A DNA stretch of 64,000 nucleotides from Camelus ferus. Lineage: Eukaryota. Below, one piece after another: positions 13,300-27,176 of the stretch (position 1 is its first letter; every line of letters starts with the position of its first letter). Location of the stretch: contig NC_045697.1 in the NCBI RefSeq assembly GCF_009834535.1, forward strand, positions 26,662,001 to 26,726,000, in the 5' to 3' direction. A program made the translations under genes and the position numbers. Under the pieces are notes generated by a model. That model worked only from the letters and a program-made list of their open reading frames with translations, did not search any database and had not been told where the DNA came from.

Positions 13300-13975
13300 T
13301 TCCTATTATTTTTCTTTACTTCTACCAACCCATAGTTACTAGGCACCTGATTCTCATGGATCTTCCTTTTCTTCCTCCTTTTCCAACTGAAGTTGCTATT
13401 ATCTAATCCCTTCAGATGACCTACTCTGTGAGAAATGGAAGTAGCCATCAAATACCCTTCCCAAGGCAGGGAGCCCATGAGACCCATCTCTAAAATGGTT
13501 CTAGGGCATGATCCAGGGTTCCTGTCAAAAGTCAAATCCCTTCATTTTCTTCATTTTAAATCAATCTCTAGACCAAAAAAAATGTGGGTATGTTAGACAC
13601 ATGTAACCTAGTGACCAATGAGAAGAATGATCAGTCCAAACAGCTGAAGATGTATATTAATTAGTCCAACTGCCATTCGAGAGGGGAAAGGAATAGGTGA
13701 GCCTTGGGAATAGAGGAGACAATAACACCATCTGACTAATGACCTCCCCAGGAGAGGCAAGGAGTTCACTTTTAAGAGTTACAGTGGTGGAAATAAATGA
13801 TGCTGGCTTCATGGAGGCAAGGACTCCTGGTCCAGCTCCCACTTCTCTTCCCTCTTCTTCACTGAGGACAGAGGCAGTAGGAACAGCTACAAAGGATAAT
13901 GTAACCTTAATTAACAGTGATTCCATATTCACATCCACTCCACCAGGTATAACACAAGAAAACAGAACTCATGCC

Positions 13976-14333
13976 TGCTATAGATTGAAAGTTTGTGTCC
14001 TCCTCAAAAATTCATATATAGAAGCCTTAATCTCCAGTGTGATGACATTTGGAAGTGGGGCCTTTGGGAGGTAATTAGATTTAGATTAGGTCATGAGGTT
14101 GGCGCCCTCAGCATCCCATCATAAGAAGAGGAAGAGACCAGAACTCTGCCACTTGAATATATGGCAAGAAGGTGGCTGTCTCCAAAACAGGAAGAGGGCT
14201 CTTACCAGACACCAAATCTGCCACATCTTGACCTTGGATTTCTCAGCCTTCAGAGCTGTGGGAAATAAATTTCTGATATGTAAGCTACCAAGTCTATGGT
14301 ATTTTGTTATAGTAGCCCCAGCAACCTAAGGCA
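13976..14333 (+). mobile_element. MLT1A-like MaLR solo LTR
   Basis: tgctatagattgaa...gcaacctaaggca; 'gggaaataaatttctg' polyA signal; perfect 5-bp TSD atgcc at 13971-13975 and 14334-14338. Confidence 0.92.
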
Positions 14334-15499
14334 ATGCCCAAAATCTTTGGTAAGAACTGATTATCATGCATACTTAGTGACCTACTGGCCCAGAGATCCC
14401 AATACAATGGGGTTAACACAAGAAAATATCTTCTGGACAGATAAGAGGAAAAATGGAGTTGGAGTTGAAGTTGGAGACCAAGTAAGGAGAAGCTATGAGA
14501 GAGGTGAGTCGCTGGTATCCCTGGATTGTAACAGGACAAAGTAATCGTAATACTGGAAAAGCAAGAATTCTTGCACTTGAGAACCATCCCTAGAATGGTG
14601 CCTCAAGCCCCCCAGGAGGCAGTGGTGGCATCAGCTGCAGCATCACCAGTGAATCTCTGCAAACACAACAGTGGGCAGGCTTTCCAGTGCTGTCTCCTCC
14701 TGGTGAAAAGCAGCAGCACTGGCTGGTTCTTGGATTGAAAAGCCCCAAGATTCATGGAATTATCAAAGGAGCAGAGACTTCACTGAGGAAAGAAAAACTG
14801 TTTTTGCAATTGCATTGTGTAACTGGGGAGCCAGGATTATTTACATTGACTATCATCAATGAATAATGGTTCATTTTGTGCTCCAGACTACAGCAGCTCA
14901 CATCCCAGGACTACATGAGAGTTTCCAGGCTAAGAGTCAAGGATCCCATCTGCAAATTTATGTTCAAATTTATGTAGACAGTACATTATAGAGCAGGGTC
15001 TAATTATTATAGAGAGGTATCTTGATAATGAGTTTACTGTTTATTTCTTCCTTTACAACCTCTACTAAGGTATTCATAGGCAGAAAGTTTCTCCTTTACT
15101 GTCAAGATGTCTTTTTCTCCCATTTTCCTGGAACCCAAGAGATGCTGAGCCAGTCTTTTTTCTGCAGGATGAAGGCACTAAGAACCTCAGCTGGGCTTTC
15201 CTATGCTCACATCGCCCACAGTGGCTTACGTCAGTACAGCAGCCTTAGAGCTGCCAGCTCCACCTCTCATCCAAGGGTTCTTTAGTTCCTTACACCATGT
15301 ATACAGAGTGTCTCACAGAACATCAGGCTGAATAAATGCCACATTTCCACACTTTATTTAAACCTCCTAAGGATAAAGCATTTGTGCAATAGTTAATCAT
15401 AAGTCACTTGATTTGTTAGCTTAGAGCTCATAGAAGTAAATGTCTAAGTACCGAGGGATTGATCTAAGAACACATGCCTCCTTCTGGTTGAAGTTCCAC

Positions 15500-15700
15500 T
15501 TCCTGGATGAAGCTTTGCTACTTAATCATTGTATTTCTTTGGGCAAGTTAGTTTAACTTTTTTCTTCTGTAAAATGGGAATAATAATGAGTGTTTTTAAA
15601 TGCCACAATTTTTTCTTAGGATTGTTGTGAAGTTTACATGAAATGATGCATATAAAGCACTGGTCACAGTGTCCAGCATATAGTGAGAACTCAATCAATC
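15500..15700 (+). mobile_element. MIR SINE
   Basis: 'tttgggcaagttagtttaac...ctgtaaaatgggaataataat...ggattgttgtgaagtttacatgaaatgatgcatataaagcac'. Confidence 0.85.
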
Positions 15701-16414
15701 CCACTGATGAAGGGAGACTAAGGGACTTGCCCAAGACTCCACAACGATGGGCAAAGGGAGGGGAGGATCTGAGTGGCATGATGTTTGTCTCTTGAGGTGC
15801 AGACCCTTTTGCTGTCCTGCACGCAGATGGGAATGGTGCAAATAGATGAGGAAAAGAAGGTAAAACTAGAGCAAAGAAAGCTGACTCCAGCTATTGTCTC
15901 CTTTCCTTACCCTTAGAGGAATAAATATAGTGCCTATAACTACTGCAATGACACAGGCAGAGGTCTCTTTATTTAAAAGTTAACAAAAGGAAAAGATCTC
16001 TTTCTGAATTTTGCTTATTAGCCAAAATAAAAATAACCCAGCTATGCCACAGCTAAATTTGGATTTCTTTCTCTATCCTGCCTCTCTCTTTTTTATCCAG
16101 TCTCTATCCATCCTTCAGCTCCACCTTCAAAATTCCATGGAGAATGAAAACTTTTACTTTAGAATTGAATTTTAGCATTGCTTGGGAAGACAGTCAGAGC
16201 TGCTGTGAGCACCTGCAGATGCAGGAGGGAAGGCTAGTCCTGGATGGAGACAGAGCTGGGCAGGGTTCTGGGAACAACTTTGACTTGATCCTCCTTAGCT
16301 AAGCCCCTAACATAGTGCCTGCCTTAGTTCCTTTGCTTAAAGTTATTTATATTTGATTTTTCTATTATCACTCACAGTGTACAGATCAATGCTTCATGTA
16401 ACTAAATAACAGCA

Positions 16415-16650
16415 ATTGGGAGGAAGTGAGGGTAGTTGCCACTGATAAGGCACTTTTGTGCAAATCGGGAGAAAGCACCTGCTGAAGTCAGTACAGCCCC
16501 AGCCGAAGCCTGTGGTTTAGCTGGAGTAACGTAAGTTCAACGTCAGCTTCCACTTGCTCTCTCTGCTCCAGGCACCTTTGTGAAGAGCAGAAAAATGTAT
16601 CAGTCTTGGTGCTCAGCGTATATTCTTTGCTATGATAACACTTCCTCCCT
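16415..16650. promoter_or_regulatory. Candidate haematopoietic enhancer/promoter (ETS, GATA, C/EBP, E-box, RUNX cluster)
   Basis: GAGGAAGTG twice in inverted orientation, TGATAA twice, TTGTGCAA, CACCTG, TGTGGTT and 5 CpGs in apparently non-repeat DNA; motif evidence only. Confidence 0.35.
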
Positions 16651-16967
16651 GAACTTTTTTCCCACCTGTTTCTGTGGCAAGCAGGCTCTGATTTGTAACA
16701 AGTATCTCAATGAAGTATTGAGTAGTAACAATTTTATAACTATAGTTATAAGCTCAGGTAGGTGCAGCAACAACATAATAGATCTGCAGAGAACATAATG
16801 ATAAAGATTTATTTTCCCTGAACATTTATGAACATAATCGTTAAGGCCGTTCCATGTACTATCACATTTAATATTCACAACAGTCTATGAGGAGCATTGC
16901 CACTTTACACATGAGAAAACATTAACTTGAACTTCTGGAGCAAAGAACTGAACCCATGTCATGCTAA

Positions 16968-17460
16968 CAGTTATTTCCCAAATTTTGAGACCAGTAGAAT
17001 ATGAAATATTTTAGGTTTCACTGATACACAGGTACAGCATTAAACACCATGCAACTGCCTGGTGAGGCTGTAATTCTCCTTTCAGTTTTCTCTCAATCAT
17101 TCTGATGGTGATTCAGTCTGGTGCCAGCATCACTTTAACACACACTTACTCATCTTCCAAAAAAATAGCAGGTCTCAGGCTCAAAGCCGTCAACAAACAG
17201 TAGTATCCAAATAGAAATTAACCACAATTTAAATCATAATATTATCTTCTATTTATGGCAAATGATATTGGTTCTCCATTTGCCATCTATCATGCAGTTT
17301 CCTTTTAAATAAAATCAAGTTTTAAAGAAAAAACTATTAAGCAAATACCAATGTGATACCTTCACTATGATAGAAATCATGGGAGTGGTAGTCAGAGGCG
17401 CTTAGATATGGCAAAAATTGGGAAGATGTTAAGCCAGCAACTAAGAATTGAGAAACAGTG
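16968..17460. mobile_element. hAT-Charlie non-autonomous element (MER113-like)
   Basis: Degenerate Charlie TIRs 'cagttatttcccaaa' ... 'ttgagaaacagtg', ~490 bp. Confidence 0.55.
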
Positions 17461-17479
17461 CCATATACCATACAGCCAC

Positions 17480-17720
17480 TTTCATGGGGTTTGATGTCAA
17501 GAAATACATGAGTTTGCCTCCCAGTTTTACTGATTACTAGCTGGTTACTAGGTGTTGGAAAATCATTTAGTCTCTCTAAGTCTCAGTCTTCTCATCTAAA
17601 AAAAAAACAGTTCTTAATATCCACTTTAAAGGTATTATTATGATAGGTAAATAAATAATTTTTGTGACTATACCTTGACAATACCTGACATACAGTAGGT
17701 GCTCAATAAATATTAGTTTC
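17480..17720 (+). mobile_element. MIR SINE
   Basis: 'tctctctaagtctcagtcttctcatctaaaa...cctgacatacagtaggtgctcaataaatattag'. Confidence 0.85.
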
Positions 17721-18940
17721 TTCTACTCTCTCCCTTCCTTTAGTTACCGGAGTTGGTAGAAGAATGTTTCATCTTCTTCATCTGTCAGCAAGAGCTCTTT
17801 TTATTAACTTCTTTCTTTTAATTTTTTTATTAAATAATGAGCAGGAAAAGGTATTTATAAAATTTATATTTGGCATAAAGCAAAACAAATTAACTAACTA
17901 GAAATTGATCATTGCCATACTTTGTAGCATCTATATATCTCTTTCCTTCCCCGCCACATTCAGATGTAACCAGTTTCCTAAATTTAGGGTTTCTTATCCT
18001 TTGTTTTCTTTGTAGTTTTACTTCCCTGAACTACCATTTGAAAGCACCACTCTCCTAATGGCTCCCCTCAGCGCTATTACATCAGAAAGAAACAACCTTG
18101 AGTTTTCTTTAAGCTTTGTGTTTTGGGCTTTATAGCTATTTAGGCTTAACTGTAAACACTATATTCTTGACATTTCCCAAAGGAAAATCATGAAACACAG
18201 ACTGTAATTTAAATACTTACAAAGCATCAGTAACCTGCACATGGAGGTGTCTAGGTGTGATCAGAGTCTCACAATTAAGGTGGGAAGGTTAATTCATGTG
18301 ATTATTTAGAGATTGAGAATATCCCCTTACTCTTATTGCTTCACCATCCCCTAGGATGTTGTCCTTGTCTGTATGGCCAAAGTTGGGTTCTGGGCACAAC
18401 CAGTTTAGAGCTCACAAGAAGGGGAAAGAGAGGAGGTCCAGTATAAGCAATGGAAAGTCATCCTCCAATTCTGAAGGAACAACCATGGAGAGATGATTTA
18501 AGGAGAATCAAGTCCCTGCTCCTTTTGAGGAGGGGCTAAATCAAAAGTGAGGTGAGGGAGACACCTTGAGATCCTCAGCCAGAGGATGGGCTACAGTGGT
18601 GCAAATCCAGCGTCTTTAAATGATGCACTTAGACCATCTATTCTTGTGGCTCCCATAGAGGCAAGCAACTAAAGATGGACTCTGGTAGTTATTGCCATGC
18701 TGTAATGCACGGGAGTTCCCCACTATCACATTTTTTCCTGCCACATATAACCAGAGGGTAAATGGCAGATCATTAAATATACCACTCTAGGCCTGAGGGT
18801 GAAAATTTAGACTAACTAGCATTGAGTTCCACTACTCCTTTTATGTCTGTCTAACCCAATTAGAGGCATTAAAAAAAAGTCTAGTAGCTATCTGCAAGTC
18901 CCATGAGTATACTTTCCTAGAATTCAGGATTTGGGGGGTA

Positions 18941-19100
18941 ATTTTTCCAAGTTTCATTGAAACATAATTGGCATACAGCACTGTATGAGTTTAAGGTATA
19001 CAGTATAAAGACTTAACATACAAATATTATGAAATTATTACCACAATAAGTTTAGGTAACATCCTTCATCTCGTATAGATACCAAAAAAGAGAAAAAAAT
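18941..19100 (-). mobile_element. L1 3' end fragment
   Basis: 'ttgaaacataattggcatacagcactgtatgagtttaaggtatacag...accacaataagtttag'. Confidence 0.75.
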
Positions 19101-19599
19101 GGAATTCTTACCTAACATACATCAGACTAGAATGTTATCAGGTACCCTTTGTGCTTATGAAGCACTTATTTTTTCCTAATATACCCTTTGCTATAAAACT
19201 TAATACTGAGTCCACATGGGAAAAATTTATTTGCAGAAAACATTTTAGCTATTTCTTACATGAAACTGTCAGAGTTTTTTGTTTTTGCCTCCATTTGTCA
19301 GTAAAACATGTTGGCAACAAATTTCTAGGCAAAATGTTGGTCCATGGCAATTGAATGTTAGTAGTGATACTGGTGAGGGAGAACAGGTGAATGAATTGAT
19401 TGAAATATTTAAATGTTATCAAAATATTATGAGGATGATTGGCACATAGTCCAGTTATGTTATTTATCTAGAAGAGTTAGGCAAGAGGGACATAACTGAT
19501 CCTGATTATTATTAACCTATCCACATGAGCTGATCAGTTATTCTAGTGCTGGGACACAACAATGAACAAAATAGACAAAGCCCCTGCCATTATTGTTAC

Positions 19600-20658
19600 T
19601 CTGTTTGTTGGGCAAGGTTACTGGCTGGGCTCTCTAGTTAAGCAGAGCCTCCAACTGTATCCCTTAGTTGTGTAGGGCTAGAGACTGTTCTCTGCAATCA
19701 GGTAGGGTGTGGGGGGACAGTTGTCATTCAGCTACAGGTCCGGTAAGGCTGCAGGCTATGCTGTGCAGTTGGGTTAGGTCACAGGTGGGACTCCATGTCT
19801 GAGTGAGGCCAGAGGTTGTATTCAGCAATTGGGCATGATTGTATGCTAGGCTCTGCTGCTGGGTAGGTTGGCAGGCTGGTCTCTAAGGCTGCTCAGGGTC
19901 ACTGTTCAAGCTCCCTGGTTATCTAGGGCTAGCAGGCCATAGGATGTGACCTGTAGCTGCTGGGCAGTTCTGGTCACACTACCCAGTGGGGCAGGGCTGA
20001 AGACTCTGCTAAGCAGTTGGGAGGGACTGTGAATTTACTCCCCTCTCTGGATGGGCTGCAGGATGTGCTCCACAGCCAGTATAACCCATTGGCTTGAGAT
20101 CCAAATCAGGCAGAACTGCTAATTGAGCTTCCTAGCCAGACACAGCCACCATCTCAGCTCTGCAGATGGGCTGCTGGCTGGGATCTCTGCTTGAGCACTG
20201 CTGCAGGCAGGAACATGGTCTGCCAATGTTTGAGCACTGATTGCTCTGAACTCTGCCTGACTTCTCCATCTTTATATTATCCTCAGTAGTTGAGCTTCAC
20301 AGGTTTCCCCAGTGATCCCCATGAGGTGAGACCCCAGTGAGCCTCCCAGGAAGTATCCCACAGTGCTGGGGAAGTGGGGTTCTCTTTTTCTCACTGGATA
20401 AGCTGTAGGCCCAAGGATCCAGCAGTGGAGACTCACTTCAGCACTGTACCAGTCTGTAGGGGAAGTGGTGCAGTGTGAAATTGCTCTTCTTACCCATCTA
20501 ACATGGTCCTTCTCAATGTCTGTGGTCTGAGGGGTGCTTCAGCCTCACCTTCAGGTTCTGAGGTTTTTTACAATGGTGTCTTGTATATGGATTGTTGCTA
20601 GTTCATCTTGTGAGGGAGACTGAGTCAGGAAAACCTATGTCACCATCTTATGATGTCA
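19600..20658 (-). mobile_element. Ancient L1 5' UTR, inverted relative to the adjacent L1 body
   Basis: GC-richer L1M 5'-end-like sequence ending 'caccatcttatgatgtca' (reverse complement resembles the L1 start motif aagatgg). Confidence 0.65.
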
Positions 20659-21872
20659 ACCCTGCACAAATTTTGTTTGTAAAAAAAATTAATCTATACA
20701 TCAAGGAAGGTCAGTGAACTCCCAAGTAGGATAAACTTTAAGAGATTCACACCTAGATGAATTATAATCAAGCTGTCAAAAGCCAAAGAAAGAATCTTGA
20801 AAGCAGCAAGAAAGAGGTGACTTATCATCTACAAGGAATCCTCACTAAGATTAACAGCTAATTTCTCATCAAAATCACGGAGGCAGAAGGCAGTGAGATG
20901 ATATTCAAAGTGGTGAAAGAAAAAAATCAATAATTTTATATCCAGAAAATTATTCTTTAAAATGGAGATGAAATTAAAATGTTCCTAGGCAAACAAAAAC
21001 TTGAGCTAATTTTTCACTAGCAGACCAGCCCTATAAAAAGTACTAAAGGGAGTCCTTCAGGCTGAGTTTAAAAAAAATTACATAGTAATATGAATCCACA
21101 TGAAAAAATAAAGAGCATCGGTAAAGGTAATTTTATAAGCAAATGTAAAATTCAGTATGAAAGTATATTTTTGTTAATTATTCTTTTTCCCCTCCTAAAT
21201 GATTTTTTAAACTGCATTAAGCAGTAATTATATTGTGTTGATATGGATACAGTGTTTAAAGATGTAATATATACGACAATAGTAATACAAAGAAGAGGGG
21301 GAAGGAGTGGGGCTATATAGGTGCAAGGTTTCTACACTACTAAAATTAAGTTGATATAATCTGAACTATATTGTAAATAAAAATTTTAATTATAATTATC
21401 AAGGAAGCACTAAGAAAATAACTCAAATATATAATAAAAGAAATAACAGGAAATTTAATGGTATACTAGAAAATATCTAATTAACACAAAAGAAATCAGT
21501 AACAGAATATCAAGGAGAAAAAAGGCATAAAACATAGAAAAAAATAGGAAAATAACAGACATAAATCTTACTTATCAGTAATTACATTAAGTGTAAAGGG
21601 ATTAAACACTCCAGCAGACACTGGTAGGATGGACAAAACATAATGAACCAACTATATTCCATCTACAGAGGATGCATTTTATACTAAAAAGGCACAAATT
21701 GGTTGAAACTAAAAGGGTAGAAAAAGCCATACCATGTATGAAGCAATCAAAAGAGCTGTGCCGACCAACTAATAAAAGACAATATACACCTTAAGACCAA
21801 AATTGTCACTTAAGACCAAAAAAAAAGTACATTTTATAATGCTAAAAGCATCAGTTCATAAAGTGTAACAAT

Positions 21873-21962
21873 GGGGGGTCCAGCTCAGTGGTACAGTGAG
21901 TGCTTAGTGCACATCAGGTCCTTGGTTCAATCCCCAGGACCTCTATTTCAAAAAAATAGAAA
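21873..21962 (+). mobile_element. Camelid tRNA-derived SINE (Vic-1-like), diverged, nested in L1
   Basis: A-box 'agctcagtgg', B-box 'ggttcaatcc', A-rich tail, imperfect TSD aagtgtaacaa/aaatgtagcaa. Confidence 0.8.
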
Positions 21963-22885
21963 AAAATGTAGCAAATATAAAACTATATGGCCCTGACAAC
22001 AGAGACCCAAAATATATAAAGCAAATACTGACTGAACTGAAAGAAGAGATAGACAATGCAACAAGAACAGTTGGAGACTTAAGCACCTGACTTTCAATAA
22101 TGGATAAAAGAGGTAGACAGAAGATCAACAAGGAAGTAGGATATACAAATATTAACTCAAAATGGATCAAAAACTCAAATGTACAAGATAAAACTACAAA
22201 ACTCATAGAAGAAAATATAGGTGTAAATCTTTGTGACTTTAGGCAACAGTTTCTTAGAATGACACCAAAGCACAAATAACCACCAAAAAATATGGTGTAT
22301 ACTGTCCTTTAAGGCACAAAAGTTTTAAAGCTTAATGACATACAATTTATCTATTTTTTTAATATTTGCAAGTTGTGTATCTGATAAGAGTCTAGAATCT
22401 AGAAAGTATTTTTAAAACTCAACAACCAAAAAAAAAAAAAAAGATGGTAAAATAGTCCTAGGATTTGAATAGATTTTTCTGCAAAGAAGAAATACAAATG
22501 GCCAAAAAGCATATGAAAAGATTCCCAATGTCATCTAGGAAATTAGTGAAATGCAAATCAAAACCACAATGAGATACCACTAAATACCACTAAGATGGGT
22601 ATAATCAAAAAGACAAGTAATGGCAAGGATGTTGAGAAATGGGAACCCTTATACATTGCTGGGTCAAACGCAAAATGGTGCAGACACTTTGGAGCAGAGT
22701 TTGGAAGTTCCTCAAAAAGTTAAACATAGACTTAGCAAGAAGCTCAGATAGTCCTCTCCTGGATATTACCACCAGAGAATTGAAAACATATGTTCACACA
22801 AAAACTTGAACATGAATGTTCATAGAAGCATTATTCATAATCACTAAAAAGGGGAGCAAACCAAATGTCTGTCAACTAATGAATG

Positions 22886-23486
22886 TGTTACCAGGAGGAG
22901 GGGAATAAAAGTTACCTTAGTTCTTAGTCACCCAAAAAAAGTGAATTTCTAACAAGAGACAGAGAGCATGATATAAACAGAAGATTTTATTAGTGAAGTA
23001 AAAAGGTAGTAAAATATAGTTCACCCCCAGGAATTGGTGGCGGGCCAATCCAAGAGGAAAATTTGTGCCACTCCTTTGTTTGTCATGTTCTTATATCCTG
23101 GCTTAGGGGGCATCTTCATAATTGATAGCTTACATTCTTTGAGTGCTCAGGGTGATTGACAGCTCATGTTCATTGTGCTCAGGCATGCCCATCTCTTTTA
23201 TGTGTATTTGTACCGGTGATACACACAGAGAAACCTATCAGAGAGGGCTCAAACTGTAATGTTAATTACATTATAATGAGCATTGGGTCAAGTTAAGATG
23301 GGTCCTTCTCTCTACTGTGCAGCCGCAGAGTTCGATTCTAGCCAGCTTCTTTGCTGGCCTTCATTTAGATAAAGTACATGTTTTTGGAGCCCCTTATCCT
23401 GAGCACAGGCATTTGTTATTTTCTGGGTTGCTCCCTCCACCTCCTCCACCCTTGCCCAGTGCTCATTTCTATCTAACTGCCTAACA
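22886..23486 (-). mobile_element. ERV1-class solo LTR nested in L1
   Basis: tgtta...taaca termini, TSD aatg/aatt, L1 sequence resumes contiguously on both sides. Confidence 0.85.
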
Positions 23487-25889
23487 AATTGATATACAAA
23501 ACATAGTATAATCATACAATGGAATATTACTCAAACATTAAAAAAAAAGAATGACAAGCATGCTACAGCATGGATGATCCTTGAAACATAATGAAAAGTA
23601 AAAGAAGTCAGATACAAAAGGCTACATGTTGTATGGCTCTGTTTTATGAAAGGTCCAGAACAGGCAAATTCAAAGAGAGGAAAGTAGATTAGGGTTTTCC
23701 AGGGGCTGGAGGGATAGGAGAAGGGTAAGTGACTGCTCTATGGGTATGGGGTTTCTTTTTGGAGTGATGAAAATGTTCTGGAATTAGATGGTAATGTTGG
23801 TTGCACAAGCTTGTGAATATACTAAAATCATTGAATTGTACACTTTAAAATGGTAAAGTTTATGGTAGTTTAATTATATATCAATAAAATAAAAGAGAAT
23901 CCTCTTTGATAAAGTAGCATTTGGACAGAAACTTGAAGGAATAAAGGGAGCAATCTACCAGGTATCTACGGGAAATTAATGCAAACAATGTAAACTGTAG
24001 AACTGACTCCATAGTTCAATATCTAATATTCCTGTTCTTATTTTTAAGTTTGTCTTATTGTCATGGCATAGTTTAATGTAGCCACATTTTGCGTAAATAA
24101 TGAGGAGAGTAAATAAAATGTTAAGAGACTTAGGAAGGGGAGATTTAATTATTGAATCATGAAAAAAGACAGGTGGAAATTAGAAAAAATATGAGAACAA
24201 TTAGAATAAACTAAAAAGATGTATAGAAAAAGGAAAAGAGGAAGATGATAGCATTGGATATTTTATATATTTATATTTATATATTTTACCCATTTCTATA
24301 TTAGTAAAGAAATGAAACACTGGAAATATACAGATGGGGTATATCTCATAGTATATCAATTTTATATCATATTATTTCAATTATAGCAATTTCCTTGGGA
24401 AAATTTCTTCACTCTGTGTTCCTCAGTTTCCCATGTCCTATACAAGGCACGGGAACAATAATGCTATGAGAAATGTATAAGGTATTTCACCTTATTCAGT
24501 AAAAGTCTGAATTTGACACTTGGTAGACCCTCAATATAAAATAATTATTCACAACAATCATCATAATAGACACTAAACAAATTCTGAGGGGGGTCTTAGC
24601 TGTTGAAAAGTAAAACTGTATGTTCAAATATATATTTTTAAAAAGGAAGAGATATGTGGAATATATATATAAAGACTGCATTTTAGTTATTTAAATATTA
24701 GTTTAATCATAGAAGTTTTTATTTTAGTAAAACAGCATAAAAGATTATGCAAAGAGGTATTACCTATATTTTAAGATTTAATTGGTTAGAAACTGACCTT
24801 TGTTAGAGAGATAAGAAGATATTGAGGCTAAATTAAAAGAAGTTTTCCACATGCCCTCAATATTTTTAGAAAACAAGCATGTTATGCTTAAAACTATTTT
24901 GAGAATAACACTGTGGTGAAAAACAATACCAAAAAATCACTTTGCTAATTAAAGCATCTGAAACCAAACAACTGCTTTTGGGAATTGATCTTGCTGGTTT
25001 ACATGCTAAAAGGGAGTACTTCTCATATTTCCTTCAAGTGAGATAAAATTAGTGAAAAATCTGGCTAAGTGAGGATGAGCAGAAGTTGACATATTTGAAT
25101 AGTTTGGCTGGTATATGTCAGAATTTTATTTTAAAAAAATGCTAGAGAAGCTGTAATCTTCTGGGAATCAAGGCAATCATGAAACGGGAAGGTTACTGGA
25201 TTAGGGGTCAGAGGAAACGGGCCATGTACCTGGCTCTGAATATTCTCTAGCCAGAAGATCTTGGCAAGTTAACTCCTCTGTTTCTCAATTTCTTCTTTTC
25301 TAAAAATGGGAGGATCTTACTTGGTGGACTATGTGATCCTCCTCAATTCTAATATTGTATGGTTCTTTATAATACTTCCTCTTCTAGAAAAAAAAAATCC
25401 ATGGCTGAATTCAGGCTTTTTCTAAGTAAGTATTATCAATAAGGTAGCTGTGAATTCCAGAGTGTGGGTCAGCTTTGCCTTAGTGGTAGTTGGCCATTAT
25501 ATGGTACATCGTTCTCTAGCTTCTTTTTCTTCTTTGCTGTTGCGGTTCATTCTGCCTTTGAGAAAATGCTTAGCTTCTACTATGAGCCTGTTGTTATACC
25601 TAAAGCCAGAGGGATATTCAAAATATATAGCAACAAGTATAGCACAAGCATGAAATAACACATCAGGACACTAGCCATACAGACACATATTAGCCCTGCC
25701 TAGAACTAGAGGCAAAACTTGAGTGATTTAGATGAACTTCATTTAGATAAACTTCATTAAAAAATTTCATAAATATTTGTGTTCTTTGATAATATGTGTA
25801 CATGTACATACATGCATTTATTGAAGTGGGATTGTATTCATGTCAAAACATACTTATTTTATACACTGAATTACCTTAGTTATGTTTAA

Positions 25890-27145
25890 GAAGCTCAAAG
25901 AGATGAATAAAGGAATAAAATTCACTAACACTGAAGAAAAAATACTTACCAGAAAAGGAGAAACATAGAGATAATATGAAAGAAATTGGAAAATTTGGAA
26001 ACAGAAAAACCATCATTAAAATTTTAATATTTATTAGATAGGATAAACTCTAAGCTGGAAACAAAAAATGAATTAGGGAATTGGAAGGTGTTGGTGACAG
26101 TTTTACCCTTAATGCATCATGCATCAAAAAGAGATAAATAAATTTAAAATATGATAGGAATTAGGAGTCAGGGAGGATAGGCAAGACATTAATGGCAGAT
26201 CCAGAAGAAAACAGAGGGAGTAGGAAAAAACACAATACTTGAAAAAATGTTTAAAGGAAATTTTCACAGTTAAAGACATAAGTCCTTAAATCCAAAGTAC
26301 AACATGATTACAGAGCAGGAAACAATTAAAATAAAGGAAAAACAAAAATAAATCTATACCTAGAACTATCTTGCTGATCTCTTTTACTGACACTACAGAA
26401 ATCAAAGAAACAGGGCAGGAATCTGAAAAGTTACCAGAGGGAAAAGAGAGATTACCCTCAAAACAAACAAACAAACAAAAAAAGGCAATCAGATTGACAA
26501 CAGACTTTATTTACATTGGCAACAACAGATGCCAGAAGACAAAGGAGATATATCTACAACATGCTAAGGAAACATAACTCAACCTTGAATTTGATATGTA
26601 ACCTAATGTTAACCAACAGCAAAAGAAAAATTAGGACATATTCAACTGCAAATATGCAAAGAGAATTTACCTAACAGATACCTTTTTAAAAGAAATTCAT
26701 GAAGGGAAAGTCTACTTAAAGGAAAACTGACCCAGAATGAGGAACAAAATCAAACCAGGGAATGCTAAATTCAGAAAACTGGTCAATACAGCTTTTAAAA
26801 GCTATATTGAGATATATCTCTTACTTTTTGTACTAAAAAGAGAAAAACTAAAATTCTAGAAAACAAAAACAACATGCAGCAGGTGTTGAACGGGCAGTTG
26901 TACTGGGTCATTGACTTTTCAGTAGTTGTACGAAAATGCAAAATTGTGAGTAAGTAAGCATTTTCAAAATGTAAGGGTATTGCAAAAATAAATAGAAACA
27001 CGGTCTATGACTTACAAACCATAAGAAGGAAGAAAAGGAAATGATTATTTATGATCCAACAGAAAACATGAAGGAGACAAAAAAGTAGTAAACAGAAAGG
27101 ATGGTAACAGAATATGTAAATTAAGGTGATAGGAAAAAAGCTCCT
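25890..27145 (+). mobile_element. Ancient L1ME-like ORF1 region
   Basis: 'aaggcaatcagattgacaacagacttt...caacaacagatgccagaagacaaaggag', A-rich sense strand. Confidence 0.7.
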
Positions 27146-27176
27146 ATAGAAACATTTTTCTCTTAAAGTCAATGTT

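Larger units (their letters stand above)
20685..23895 (+). mobile_element. Decayed L1M body: ORF1 3' half, ORF2 endonuclease, internal deletion at ~22140, ORF2 C-terminus, 3' UTR
   Basis: 'aatcttgaaagcagcaagaaa', 'agttggagacttaagcacc', 'aatgcaaatcaaaaccacaatgagataccac', ends 'tatatcaataaaataaaa'. Confidence 0.9.

Noticed and set aside
14380..14915. Possible ancient LTR (similar impression for ~30500-31520)
   Set aside because: LTR-like texture only; family and ends could not be assigned by eye.
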